NCBI GenBank assembly: GCA_964460985.1
Contig: CAYWQX010000005.1
Location: 26,987-90,986 of the forward strand
DNA: 64,000 bases
Direction of reading: 5' to 3'
DNA from: an uncultured bacterium
GTDB taxonomy: Bacteria > Chlamydiota > Chlamydiia > Chlamydiales > Parachlamydiaceae
In this document: piece after piece, positions 40,883 through 49,956 of the stretch
Layout of the letters: each line of letters begins with the position of its first letter
Position numbering within the stretch: position 1 is the first letter of the stretch
Program-made: the position numbers and the translations under genes
The notes under the pieces: generated by a model
What the model was told of the DNA's origin: nothing
Seen by the model: the letters and a program-made list of their open reading frames with translations, nothing else
The model's database searches: none

Positions 40883-42279
40883 AAATCATTCCTCAGCTGA
40901 TAGTGCATAGGGATGCCTAACGCATTATTGATAGCTTCTATAGAGGTCATTAAATTTCCATACTTTTCAAAGGCTGTCATTTCAGCTAAGAAAGCATCCG
41001 TTTTGAATCCTAAGAGATCCCCATCGTGAAACTCTCCTACCTTCTCAATGACTTTAGCATCCGATAATAACTTGGATTGGGCATCGGCATACTCTTTAGC
41101 GAGCTTCCAATTTTCTTCTGCATCGACATAAAGAAGGATAGCTAGCTGCAGCTGAGTGAGCACGCCAAGGGATAAAGCCACCCTATTTTTAATAACCAAT
41201 GTCCTTTGCTCTTCTGCCGTTTTCATATCGTAGTAGGCGGCAGGGATATTAAATAAATTATAAGTGACTTTTAAGCCGGCCTGCAGCCACTTATTGTACA
41301 CAAGAAACTTGTTGCTATCGAAATTGGTAGCTCCATAAAGACCTACGCTGGGAGCCATCAGAAGCGCTTGATTTCTGATCTCCTCGGTAAAGATCTTTTC
41401 TTCTAAGTCACGGCTATAAAGTTCAGGACGATTAAAAAGGGCTGTATCTTGAAGCTCTTCCCATTTGAAAGAAAATTCTCGGGGCATCTCCATCTCTTCA
41501 GGCACCAGTTTAAACGAATCGGCATCTTTAAACCCCATAAACTGGGCGAGCTGATTTTTGGCGGTGACAAAATCGCGGTGGAAGTCTTGAAGCTGAAGTT
41601 TAAGTTTAGAGAGCTGCGCGTCCATCTTCAGGGTTGGAACGGCAGGGATTGTTCCTTTCGTTGCAAAATATCTAAGCTTGTCTTGATATTCATTGATTTT
41701 TCGAATCAACTCCTCTGATTTTTCAACCCCTTTTTGAGCGAGCTGAGCCTTCCAATATGATTTTGTCACTTCCAAAACAACATTCTGGCTAAGTCTTCGG
41801 TATTCTAACTCCGCCATCAGCTCTTTGTTAGCCTCTTGCTTGGCTCGTCCGTAGCTGAGTCCAAAATCGAGTAAGTTCCAGGTATAGGTCAGATTGTAAG
41901 TCAAATCATGCTGCTCAGAGGATATACTGGGGGGAGCGGGCGGTTGATTGGTAAGCGATTGAGAGGAAGAGCCGGTATTGCGATTTCTTCCGTATTGCTC
42001 GCTGTTTAAGATGAGGCTAGGAAGAATTTTCCAGGTTGCGCTGGTAGCCATCTCCTGTTTGATGCGAACCTCTTGCTCTTTGACTTTGAGCTCCAGGTTT
42101 TGCTGTAAGGCAATTTCTATGATGTCATAGTATTTTAATGGTTTTTCGGGGATAGGGGTTCGATCAATTTCGAACGTATCCTCTTCCATTTTTTCGAGCC
42201 TTAAATAATCTCGATGCGGTGTCGCTGTCGGGCAGCAAGCAGTAAGAAATAAGCAGCTGAATATCAAACGGGATTTCAT
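40879..42279 (-). CDS. TolC-family outer membrane channel protein
   Basis: 466 aa. Lipoprotein-like N-terminus (LIFSCLFLTACC). Two-fold internal repeat of long helical segments rich in A/L/Q/E, as in outer membrane efflux proteins. Its stop overlaps the giant ORF start (ATGA). Confidence 0.75.
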   Translation of the reverse strand: MKSRLIFSCLFLTACCPTATPHRDYLRLEKMEEDTFEIDRTPIPEKPLKYYDIIEIALQQNLELKVKEQEVRIKQEMATSATWKILPSLILNSEQYGRNRNTGSSSQSLTNQPPAPPSISSEQHDLTYNLTYTWNLLDFGLSYGRAKQEANKELMAELEYRRLSQNVVLEVTKSYWKAQLAQKGVEKSEELIRKINEYQDKLRYFATKGTIPAVPTLKMDAQLSKLKLQLQDFHRDFVTAKNQLAQFMGFKDADSFKLVPEEMEMPREFSFKWEELQDTALFNRPELYSRDLEEKIFTEEIRNQALLMAPSVGLYGATNFDSNKFLVYNKWLQAGLKVTYNLFNIPAAYYDMKTAEEQRTLVIKNRVALSLGVLTQLQLAILLYVDAEENWKLAKEYADAQSKLLSDAKVIEKVGEFHDGDLLGFKTDAFLAEMTAFEKYGNLMTSIEAINNALGIPMHYQLRNDL

Positions 42280-42319
42280 ACACTACATATATGACAATCC
42301 CGCCTAATAATCAAAAATT

Positions 42320-42784
42320 TTACTTTACGATGATCTCGTTTGGCTGAAAAAAGAATTTGATTTCGGAAGCAGCTGATTCTAAGCTATCTGAGCCATGCAC
42401 AGCATTTTCCGTCATCGATTTGGCAAAATCTTTGCGAATCGTTCCATCGGCTGCATTTTTATAGTTGGTTGCCCCCATGATATCCCGATTTTTTTGAACG
42501 GCATTGTCGCCATCTAGCACCATGACAATGACAGGACCTGATGCCATGAAGGTTGTTAAATCTTCATAAAAAGGCTTGCCCTTATGAACCGCATAGAACT
42601 CACCTGCTTGATCCTTAGTAAGTTGTACTTTTTTAATCGCCGCGATAGTGAGCCCGTTTTTTTCGAAACGATCAATGATTAAGCCCACATGACGATCCCT
42701 TACCGCGTCCGGTTTAATGATTGAAAGGGTTTGCTCTGCGAAGAGAGCAAGGGGGGCGAGAGCTAGCATGACCCATCTAAACAT
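42320..42784 (-). CDS. ndk: Nucleoside diphosphate kinase paralog with N-terminal Sec-type signal peptide
   Basis: [16 protein letters not shown] precedes [12 protein letters not shown], which aligns with the first residues of the canonical Ndk encoded 0.5 kb upstream. Ndk motifs are retained ([26 protein letters not shown]). GGAGA lies 6 nt upstream of the ATG. Confidence 0.85.
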   Translation of the reverse strand: MFRWVMLALAPLALFAEQTLSIIKPDAVRDRHVGLIIDRFEKNGLTIAAIKKVQLTKDQAGEFYAVHKGKPFYEDLTTFMASGPVIVMVLDGDNAVQKNRDIMGATNYKNAADGTIRKDFAKSMTENAVHGSDSLESAASEIKFFFQPNEIIVK

Positions 42785-43329
42785 CTAATTTCTCCATAAG
42801 TTAAAAATTCATTAAAAAAGTCATCTCCCGAATCGGTTAAAAAAGAGTCGGGATGAAATTGCAGGCCATTTTGTTTGAGTGTTTTATGGCGGAGTCCCAT
42901 AATATAATCTTCTCCAAAAGCTGTCACTTCCAAACAGGAGGGGAGCCAATCGACGACGAGCGAATGATATCTTCCTACGGCCAAATTTTGCGGGAAATGA
43001 AGAAAACGGTGGGTAATAACAGTTTTTTTCCCATGGCAAGGGAATTGGGCTTTCTTGAAATCGCCGCCGTGCGCTTTGGCAAGTATCTGATGACCGAGAC
43101 AGATACCCAGAAGGGGGGTTGTAGTTTCGGGAATGATTTTGAGAAGATTTGGAGCATCATCCGGATTTCCGGGTCCAGGTCCGATCACTACCCGATCGTA
43201 ATCATTTAAGTTATAACTAGATCTTTTAACTTCTACGACAGCTCCCTGTTTTAAGAGAGCGTCGTAGATATTTCCGGTAAAAGAATCGAAGTGATCGATT
43301 AAAAGAACTTTTAACGAGTGCGTGGGCAA
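42763..43329 (-). CDS. Class I glutamine amidotransferase, PabA/TrpG type (aminodeoxychorismate or anthranilate synthase component II)
   Basis: [15 protein letters not shown], catalytic GICLGHQ, and [10 protein letters not shown] (the FHPES-type His/Glu region). 188 aa. Apparent TTG start at 43329, with no in-frame ATG available upstream of the conserved N-terminus. Confidence 0.8.
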   Translation of the reverse strand: MPTHSLKVLLIDHFDSFTGNIYDALLKQGAVVEVKRSSYNLNDYDRVVIGPGPGNPDDAPNLLKIIPETTTPLLGICLGHQILAKAHGGDFKKAQFPCHGKKTVITHRFLHFPQNLAVGRYHSLVVDWLPSCLEVTAFGEDYIMGLRHKTLKQNGLQFHPDSFLTDSGDDFFNEFLTYGEIRCLDGSC

Positions 43330-43742
43330 ATATCACCGTTTTGGAAGAAGAAAGAGATTTCGTTTTTGGCATTTTCAACGCTGTCAGAGCCGTGAACGGC
43401 ATTTTCTTCGATGCTGCTTGCAAACTCGCGCCGGATAGTGCCCGCTTCCGATTTTTGCCAGTCGGTGGCGCCCATGATTTTACGGTTTTGCTGCACGGCG
43501 TTTTCGCCTTCCAAAGTCATCACCAGAACAGGGCCTGATGTCATAAATTTAACCAAATCGCGGTAAAAAGGGCGCTCTTTATGCACAGCGTAGAAATCTT
43601 CCGCCTGTTTTTGACTTAAATGCATCATTTTGGCCGCTACTATTTTAAGGCCGCCTTGCTCTAGCTTTTCAATAATCGATCCAATTTTGTTTTTGGATAC
43701 AGCGTCAGGTTTTACGATTGATAAGGTTCTTTCTAAAGTCAT
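43311..43742 (-). CDS. ndk: Nucleoside diphosphate kinase (cytoplasmic form)
   Basis: [43 protein letters not shown] and NAVHGSDS (catalytic His). 143 aa. Confidence 0.92.
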   Translation of the reverse strand: MTLERTLSIVKPDAVSKNKIGSIIEKLEQGGLKIVAAKMMHLSQKQAEDFYAVHKERPFYRDLVKFMTSGPVLVMTLEGENAVQQNRKIMGATDWQKSEAGTIRREFASSIEENAVHGSDSVENAKNEISFFFQNGDICPRTR

Positions 43743-43816
43743 AACTTCTCCGTTTTAATGTAAATACAATAACTGATCCCTTGTCATCTATTCAATGATT
43801 CTTCATATTTTTACCC

Positions 43817-46207
43817 ATGAAAGCACCTCTTAATTGGCTCAAAGAATTTATTGATATAACCCAATCTCCAAACCAGATCGGCAAGGTATTGACGAGTCTC
43901 GGTCTCGAAGTGGAGGGGATTGATTCTTTAAAACCGAACTTTACGAATGTGGTCATCGCTAAAGTTCTCTCGACAGAACCGCACCCGAATGCGGATAAAC
44001 TGACAATAGCTCAGGTTTCGGACGGCGATCAGACCTTCCAGGTTGTCTGCGGCGCGCCTAATTGCAGGGCCGGGATGAAGACCGCCCTTGCTAGAATCGG
44101 AGGCGATGTTGGACAGGGAGAGAACCAATTTAAAATAAAAAAGGCAAAAATCAGAGGCGTCGAATCGTTTGGCATGCTCTGCTCAGGAAAAGAGCTTGGA
44201 ATTTCAGCGGAAGAGGATGGAATACTCGAATTTCCGGAAGTTGCCAAAGAGGGAACGGAGCTTGATCAATTGTATGGCGATACGATTTTTGAGATCGGCT
44301 TAACCCCTAATTTAAGCCACTGCATGTCGATTGTGGGAATTGCTCGCGAAATCAAAGCCGCTTTAAATTTAAAAATTAAAACAAATGAAGTTAAGCTCGA
44401 AGAAACAGGCTCGCCCTTTACTACAGCGGTTGAAGTGATCGACAAAGAGGGCTCTCCCCGTTACATGGCAAGAGGGGTAGAAGAGCTTAAAGTAGCCGCC
44501 TCTCCCGATTGGCTGAAACAAAAATTGGAATCGGTCGGCATTAGGTCTATCAATAATGTCGTCGACGTGACGAACCTTGTCATGATCGAGACGGGGCAGC
44601 CCCTTCATGCGTTTGACCTAGATAAAATCGAGGGGCAGAAGGTGATTGTAAGATCTGCTATAAAAAGCGAAACACTTTGTACACTCGATGGAAAAGAGAG
44701 AGAGCTAGAAGAAGGGATGCTCGTTATTGCAGACGCTCGAAAGCCTCTCGCGGTGGCTGGTGTGATGGGAGGAAAAGAGTCGGAAGTCTCTGATTCAACC
44801 CGCCGAATTTTAATCGAATCGGCCTACTTTGACCCCTCTTCTGTCAGACGAACTTCCAAAAAATTAGCCCTTTCTTCAGATGCCTCTAAGCGATTTGAAA
44901 GAGGGGCAGATCCTCTGCAGGCAGAATATGCTCTTGCTAAAGCGGCTTCTCTGATCGCTGAGTTGACTGGAGGAAAAGTTCAAAAGGGGATAGCCGATCT
45001 AAAAGCTAAAACGTTTGAACCGAAAATTATTATGGTTCGTTTAAGCCGTGTAAATGCTCTTTTAGGCACCCATATTAGCGCAAGTGAAGTGGAAAACATT
45101 TTTTTAAGGCTTGGTTTTGAAGTTGAATTTGATGGAAGCGATCGTTTCACCGTAAAAGTTCCCACTTTTAGAGCCGATGTGAGCGAAGAAATTGACTTAG
45201 TTGAAGAGGTGGCCCGTCTGTATGGGTACGATAATATCAAAAGAGAGCCTGCCCGTTTTGAAGCTTCAAAAATGCCCCATGCGCCCCTTTATCTTTTCGA
45301 AAATGAAGTGAGAAGAAAGTTAATCGGCGAAGGACTGCAAGAATTCATCACCTGTGATCTTATCGGCCCATCAGCCCTTAAAATTGTGCAAGGCGATGAA
45401 AATCTTACCCTCGATACCATTAAAGTTTTAAATCCCGTCTCTCTTGAGCAATCGGTTTTGAGAACCTCGCTCCTACCCGGACTTCTCCAAGTCGTAAAGC
45501 ATAATTTCGACCGGGAGTCTAAAGATATCGCCGGTTTTGAGGTGGGACGGGTGCATACCCGGGAAGGAGATAAGTTCGATGAAGAGGGAGTCGTAGGGAT
45601 CATCTTATCTGGCTCCTCCACTCCTCACTCCTATGATCCTAAACCTCAAGAATTTGATTTCAGGGATTTGAAAGGAATTCTTGAAAACTTTTTGGAGATG
45701 CTAGGTATTCATAAATCCTCCTTTAGACCCTCGACGAATCCACAGCTGCATCCCGGAAGGCAAGCGGCCATTTTCGTCGGCGCTTTAGAAGTCGGCATGT
45801 TCGGGGAGGTCCATCCTCAAGTGATAAGACGTTTGGATATCAATCAAAGAGTCTTCTATGCCGAACTGAATCTTACCGATCTCATGAAAGTAAGAACCAA
45901 GGATATCCGCTTTAAAGAGCTGTCCGTCTTTCCTGCCTCTGAAAGAGATTGGACGATTACCCTTCTTGAGAAAGCGCCTGTAGCTCAAGTCATGGATGCG
46001 ATCAGGTCGGTTCCCTCTCAATTATTAGAGGCAGTTTATTTGTCAGACATGTATCGTAGCACTTCATTGGGTGCAGATAAAAAAAATGCCACCTTCCATT
46101 TTGTTTACCGAGATCCCAAAGGGACGATTGAACAAGAGACGGTGGATAAAGAACACGAACGCATCATATCAAGCGCCCTCCATTTAATTACCGGCTGTTT
46201 GCCTTGA
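43817..46207 (+). CDS. pheT: Phenylalanine--tRNA ligase beta subunit
   Basis: 796 aa. N-terminal MKAPLNWLKEFIDI. tRNA-binding OB region (HPNADKLTIAQVSDG...VVCGAPN). B3/4, B5 and C-terminal anticodon-binding-like regions in the expected order. Confidence 0.92.
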   Translation: MKAPLNWLKEFIDITQSPNQIGKVLTSLGLEVEGIDSLKPNFTNVVIAKVLSTEPHPNADKLTIAQVSDGDQTFQVVCGAPNCRAGMKTALARIGGDVGQGENQFKIKKAKIRGVESFGMLCSGKELGISAEEDGILEFPEVAKEGTELDQLYGDTIFEIGLTPNLSHCMSIVGIAREIKAALNLKIKTNEVKLEETGSPFTTAVEVIDKEGSPRYMARGVEELKVAASPDWLKQKLESVGIRSINNVVDVTNLVMIETGQPLHAFDLDKIEGQKVIVRSAIKSETLCTLDGKERELEEGMLVIADARKPLAVAGVMGGKESEVSDSTRRILIESAYFDPSSVRRTSKKLALSSDASKRFERGADPLQAEYALAKAASLIAELTGGKVQKGIADLKAKTFEPKIIMVRLSRVNALLGTHISASEVENIFLRLGFEVEFDGSDRFTVKVPTFRADVSEEIDLVEEVARLYGYDNIKREPARFEASKMPHAPLYLFENEVRRKLIGEGLQEFITCDLIGPSALKIVQGDENLTLDTIKVLNPVSLEQSVLRTSLLPGLLQVVKHNFDRESKDIAGFEVGRVHTREGDKFDEEGVVGIILSGSSTPHSYDPKPQEFDFRDLKGILENFLEMLGIHKSSFRPSTNPQLHPGRQAAIFVGALEVGMFGEVHPQVIRRLDINQRVFYAELNLTDLMKVRTKDIRFKELSVFPASERDWTITLLEKAPVAQVMDAIRSVPSQLLEAVYLSDMYRSTSLGADKKNATFHFVYRDPKGTIEQETVDKEHERIISSALHLITGCLP

Positions 46208-46218
46208 AGGAGATCCTC

Positions 46219-47097
46219 ATGAAAAATAGAAAGAAACTCATTTTAGCCTTAGTTCTCTTAAGCGGATGCCAAAGAGAGCAGTATGTACAAGAGCCCTATG
46301 AAGTGGTGGATGAAACCTACGTCCATAAATACGGAATGGAAGTCACACCCCAGGAATGGCAGAATCGGGGGGAGCATGGCCAAAGAATCACCACTTTGAA
46401 AAACGGGGTTACTGTCACTGAAAACTACAGTTTTGGCAAGCTCGACGGTCCTAAAACCTATACATTCCCTTATTCGAGTACGATCCAGAAAATTGAGACG
46501 CACTCGCAAGGCGAGCTTATTCAGGAGGAACACAGCAATATCGATGGCAAGCCCTATCAAAAAGTAGAGTTTCTTGGAAATAACAGCAAACGTATCACAA
46601 ACTGGTATAGCGAAGGCCATCCTCAATCGGTAGAAGAGTTTGACGGTGATATGCTCGCAAAAGGAGATTACTACACGATAGAGGGCGCTCAAGAATCTCA
46701 TGTGGTAGACCTGAATGGGGAGAGAACCAACCGCGATGCTCAAGGGAAACTTCTCTCAAGAGATACCATTGTGAATGGACAGCTTTATGAAAGAACCACT
46801 CTTTGGCCGAACAATACTCCTAAAGAGGTGACTTCCTACAAAAACGGCAAAATTCACGGACACAAAAGAAGTTATAGTGAAGACGGCTCTCCGGTTTCCG
46901 ATGAAACATGGGTTGACGGCCTTCAAAGCGGTATGACAATCCTATATATCAATGGTGAAAAGTATTCCGAAGTGCCGTACAGAAACGGCGTTAAAATCGG
47001 CGTGGAGAAAAGATATAAAGATGGCCATCAACTCTTTGAAGAGATTACCTGGATCGATGGCGTGCAAGATGGCCCATCGCGCACCTATTTAAAATAA
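46219..47097 (+). CDS. Lipoprotein with MORN-variant (YwqK-like) repeats
   Basis: Lipobox LVLLSGC. Repeated G-x-x-x-G-x-x-x-x-Y/W units (NGKIHGHKRSY, VDGLQSGMTILY, NGVKIGVEKRY, IDGVQDGPSRTY). The track ORF begins at a TTG (46204). I prefer the ATG at 46219, which has AAGGAG 6 nt upstream. Confidence 0.7.
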   Translation: MKNRKKLILALVLLSGCQREQYVQEPYEVVDETYVHKYGMEVTPQEWQNRGEHGQRITTLKNGVTVTENYSFGKLDGPKTYTFPYSSTIQKIETHSQGELIQEEHSNIDGKPYQKVEFLGNNSKRITNWYSEGHPQSVEEFDGDMLAKGDYYTIEGAQESHVVDLNGERTNRDAQGKLLSRDTIVNGQLYERTTLWPNNTPKEVTSYKNGKIHGHKRSYSEDGSPVSDETWVDGLQSGMTILYINGEKYSEVPYRNGVKIGVEKRYKDGHQLFEEITWIDGVQDGPSRTYLK

Positions 47098-47109
47098 ATT
47101 ATCTTTTTT

Positions 47110-47147
47110 ATCCTCTCCAAGGAGAATCCCTGGAGAGGATTTCTGTT
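47110..47147. terminator. Bidirectional intrinsic terminator between convergent genes
   Basis: Perfect 10-bp inverted repeat atcctctcca (47110-47119) / tggagaggat (47131-47140) with an 11-nt loop. T-rich tracts flank it on both sides (ttttttat upstream, tttctgtt downstream). Confidence 0.6.
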
Positions 47148-47149
47148 AC

Positions 47150-47638
47150 TTAAAAACTCCAGAGCTCTTCCATGACAGCCGTAAATTCCCCGTTTTCAAG
47201 CGTATACTTTTTTTGCATCACCGGCATCTCGTTCATATCGTAAAGGGTCACCCCGTCGAAAGGATCGCCCCATTCTTTCAAGCTGATTTTATGGTAGGCC
47301 ACCGGTATCATTTGGGGGGTAAGATAGTGGCATAAAGAACATTTTTCCCCTCTAAACTCATACTTCTCAATCAAGACCACTCGATCATCCTGGTTTCGAA
47401 GAAGGCTTTGGTTTTCAGAGAGGGGAATCTTAAGCCAACTTGCCTGGCGCGGGTCCTTCAGCGCTCGAAAATCAAAGAGATTAGAATCGTAGATTACCCT
47501 TTGATAAGCTCCTTGATGATACTCTTCGACGGAGTATCTTTTGTGATAAGGATCTACCACGATTTTGTAGCGATCTCCTGCCTCTCTTCCATAAGGTTTG
47601 CCTTCTTTCCAATAGTAGTTTTTGAATGTTCTAATCAT
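47150..47638 (-). CDS. Hypothetical protein (162 aa)
   Basis: Clean ATG-started ORF bounded by the terminator hairpin. No motif I recognise. Confidence 0.55.
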   Translation of the reverse strand: MIRTFKNYYWKEGKPYGREAGDRYKIVVDPYHKRYSVEEYHQGAYQRVIYDSNLFDFRALKDPRQASWLKIPLSENQSLLRNQDDRVVLIEKYEFRGEKCSLCHYLTPQMIPVAYHKISLKEWGDPFDGVTLYDMNEMPVMQKKYTLENGEFTAVMEELWSF

Positions 47639-47771
47639 AAGGAATTATCGTACCGAAAGGTGGCAAAAAGGTGTTCTCCTTTCTTTATTAAAAGTTTTAA
47701 GCGCCTCATTCTAAATTAGTAACGGTTGGCATGTTCTATGCATACAAATCTTAAAAGGAGGGCTAAATCCT

Positions 47772-47951
47772 ATGACAAAAGCCCAGCTTCTACAGAAGAT
47801 TGCAAGACTCGAATCGATGAATGACCAGTTAGCCACGGAAGTGGAACATGTGGACCGTCTCATGAAGATGCTTGGATTTTCGGAAGGTCTTAAAAGTGTC
47901 AAATTGACTGCGCAAGAAATCATAGACAATGGATTGATGGAAGAAAATTAA
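47772..47951 (+). CDS. Small (59 aa) helical/coiled-coil protein, missing from the ORF track
   Basis: The ATG is preceded by aaaaGGAGGGctaaatcct. Product: MTKAQLLQKIARLESMNDQLATEVEHVDRLMKMLGFSEGLKSVKLTAQEIIDNGLMEEN, with heptad-like hydrophobic spacing. The overlapping 72-aa minus-strand track ORF has an implausible composition. Confidence 0.55.
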   Translation: MTKAQLLQKIARLESMNDQLATEVEHVDRLMKMLGFSEGLKSVKLTAQEIIDNGLMEEN

Positions 47952-47989
47952 AATTTATTATAGACTATCCCAAGCCAAAAAGGAAGTCT

Positions 47990-48325
47990 ATGACAAATGC
48001 GATTCAATGGGGACCTTACACCACACCTATAGTTGTTAGGGAGGTGTCGGATGGTTTATCGGTCCATCGTCAAAAATTCACTCAAAAAAAATTCAATGTC
48101 GATAGCGAACTTACGATTGAGCAATTTAATAAGCTTTTCAATGAATACAGCCAAATTATTCGTAAGAATGTGGGAAAATCTTTTACCGCGGCTGAAGTAA
48201 ACATCAGAGAGCCTTTGCAGTTTAATGCTCTTTTCAAGACTTTGAATTGTTACCTTGTAACTTATAACCTTGTATTGAAGCGGGAAGGCATGTTCTATCG
48301 AGTAGAGTCTAAGGGTAGCTCATAG
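47990..48325 (+). CDS. Hypothetical protein (111 aa)
   Basis: ATG preceded by aaaGGAAGtct. No recognisable motif. Its 3' end overlaps the convergent TolC-like gene by 17 nt. Confidence 0.45.
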   Translation: MTNAIQWGPYTTPIVVREVSDGLSVHRQKFTQKKFNVDSELTIEQFNKLFNEYSQIIRKNVGKSFTAAEVNIREPLQFNALFKTLNCYLVTYNLVLKREGMFYRVESKGSS

Positions 48326-49871
48326 GATTTGCAAATAAGATCTCCCCGTTGCAGTCATTGGTTGCAATGAGAGTGCCTGTCAAAAAGCGAAGGCGTGCAA
48401 TACCTTGATAGTATTGCCGCCTTAAATCAATCACAGTCAATTTAGCATTTGCGAGCCTTGTCTCAAAATCGAGTAAAAAGAATACGTTTCCGAAGCCCTC
48501 TACAAGCCGTTTAGATTCGTTATCCAAGTTTAACTGGTTTTTTTGGACTGCGATCTCCGCTTCTCTAATTTGTCCAATTAGAGCGATCTGATTATTCAAC
48601 GTTTGCAAGATTTCGGTGGCAGTAGATTGTTTGATCAAGGTTGTTCTTAAGATCGTTTGCGATAAATTAGAGCGCTGCTGCCTTAAAAAACCTTCTGCCT
48701 GGTCATTGTGGAGAGGGAATGAAACCTGCACACCCATGCTTAAGTTCGTGTTGTTATTTTTCCCGTAAAAAGGTGAGCCCGGGTTTACAAAAGCCGGTTG
48801 ATAAAAGGGAGAGATTAAGTAAGAGCTGCTAGAGAGGGTATTCGTACGAGTATTATTGGTTTGAACAGTGCCAAAAAAATCTACCTGAGGAAGGGTTTGG
48901 TTTTCTGCGCCAATCACGAGACTATTAAAAGCTTTCTCTCGATCAAGCGAAGCTAATATATCAAATCTTCGTTCAATCCCAAGATTGACGAGAGGATCTT
49001 TTGCCCCCATGAGTTTGTCTTCAGTTAAAGTCACGGGAGGCAGCACATCTTCTGCTTTAAACGAGAGATCTAAGTTCGCACATTGAGTGGAGGGGGCAAG
49101 TCCAGTGTAGAAGACAAGCTGCCTTTTATTTGAGTATAAAGCGCCTTCTGCATTAATCAGAAACTGTCTTTGCTGAGCGATAGTAGCAAGCGGTTGGTTG
49201 ATATCGGTGGCAGCGATTTCACCCCCCTCAATCAGTTTTCGGACCATTCCGATAATTTTTTCAAGACGCTCGATCGACTCTTTAAGAATACTTACATTTA
49301 ATTCGCTTGCAGCGACATCCCAATAGGTGTTAACGGTGTTTAAGATATCATTTGAGATGCTTTGAAGAGTATCCCATTGGACCGCATTCAGCTCGTGAAA
49401 GGCCGCTTTTTCATACTGGGTGTTATAGCTATTTAAAAAATTTCTTAAAATAGGCTGTGTGACTTGAAAGGTTACTTGCGAAGCTCTTCCGATCCCGGCA
49501 GTCGGGCTTGTAAAGTTTTCGACAAGACCGCTCACATTAAATGAGGTGCCGGCTCTTGTTACTTTTGATAGGGAGCCTTGATAGAGGGAGGCATCCCCGC
49601 TGAATGAGGTAGAGGGAGGGCTTTGATAAAATCGATAAAAATTGTCTTGCAAGCTTTGATCGAAGAGGGGATCAAAAGGGCCTCCCGCTTCTCTTAAGAC
49701 CCCTTCTTGTTTATCAATATCGAGAATGGAGATTTCGACCTGTTTTTGGTTGTTTAATGTACTGATAATAGCATCTCTTAAAGTAATCGGTTGAGGGGAG
49801 TCGGGCAGGGACGCAGAATAAAGAGAGGTAAAACAAATAAACAAGCAAAGTGTACGAGAGAAATAAACCAC
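48309..49871 (-). CDS. TolC-family outer membrane channel protein (last gene of the export operon)
   Basis: 520 aa with a signal-like N-terminus (LCLFICFTSLYSA). Internally duplicated helical/beta architecture typical of outer membrane efflux proteins. Apparent GVG start (GTG at 49871), so the start is uncertain. Confidence 0.7.
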   Translation of the reverse strand: MVYFSRTLCLFICFTSLYSASLPDSPQPITLRDAIISTLNNQKQVEISILDIDKQEGVLREAGGPFDPLFDQSLQDNFYRFYQSPPSTSFSGDASLYQGSLSKVTRAGTSFNVSGLVENFTSPTAGIGRASQVTFQVTQPILRNFLNSYNTQYEKAAFHELNAVQWDTLQSISNDILNTVNTYWDVAASELNVSILKESIERLEKIIGMVRKLIEGGEIAATDINQPLATIAQQRQFLINAEGALYSNKRQLVFYTGLAPSTQCANLDLSFKAEDVLPPVTLTEDKLMGAKDPLVNLGIERRFDILASLDREKAFNSLVIGAENQTLPQVDFFGTVQTNNTRTNTLSSSSYLISPFYQPAFVNPGSPFYGKNNNTNLSMGVQVSFPLHNDQAEGFLRQQRSNLSQTILRTTLIKQSTATEILQTLNNQIALIGQIREAEIAVQKNQLNLDNESKRLVEGFGNVFFLLDFETRLANAKLTVIDLRRQYYQGIARLRFLTGTLIATNDCNGEILFANPMSYP

Positions 49872-49956
49872 AAATTAATAATTCACTTTTTTCTTCTTTC
49901 TAGCAATTAAGTTCTTAAATATCAAGATCGGTATGTAGATTGAACTGCACTTACGA

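Noticed and set aside
47711-47929. 72-aa minus-strand track ORF as a gene
   Set aside because: It has no RBS and an antisense-like composition. It is fully overlapped by a plus-strand 59-aa ORF with a strong Shine-Dalgarno sequence.
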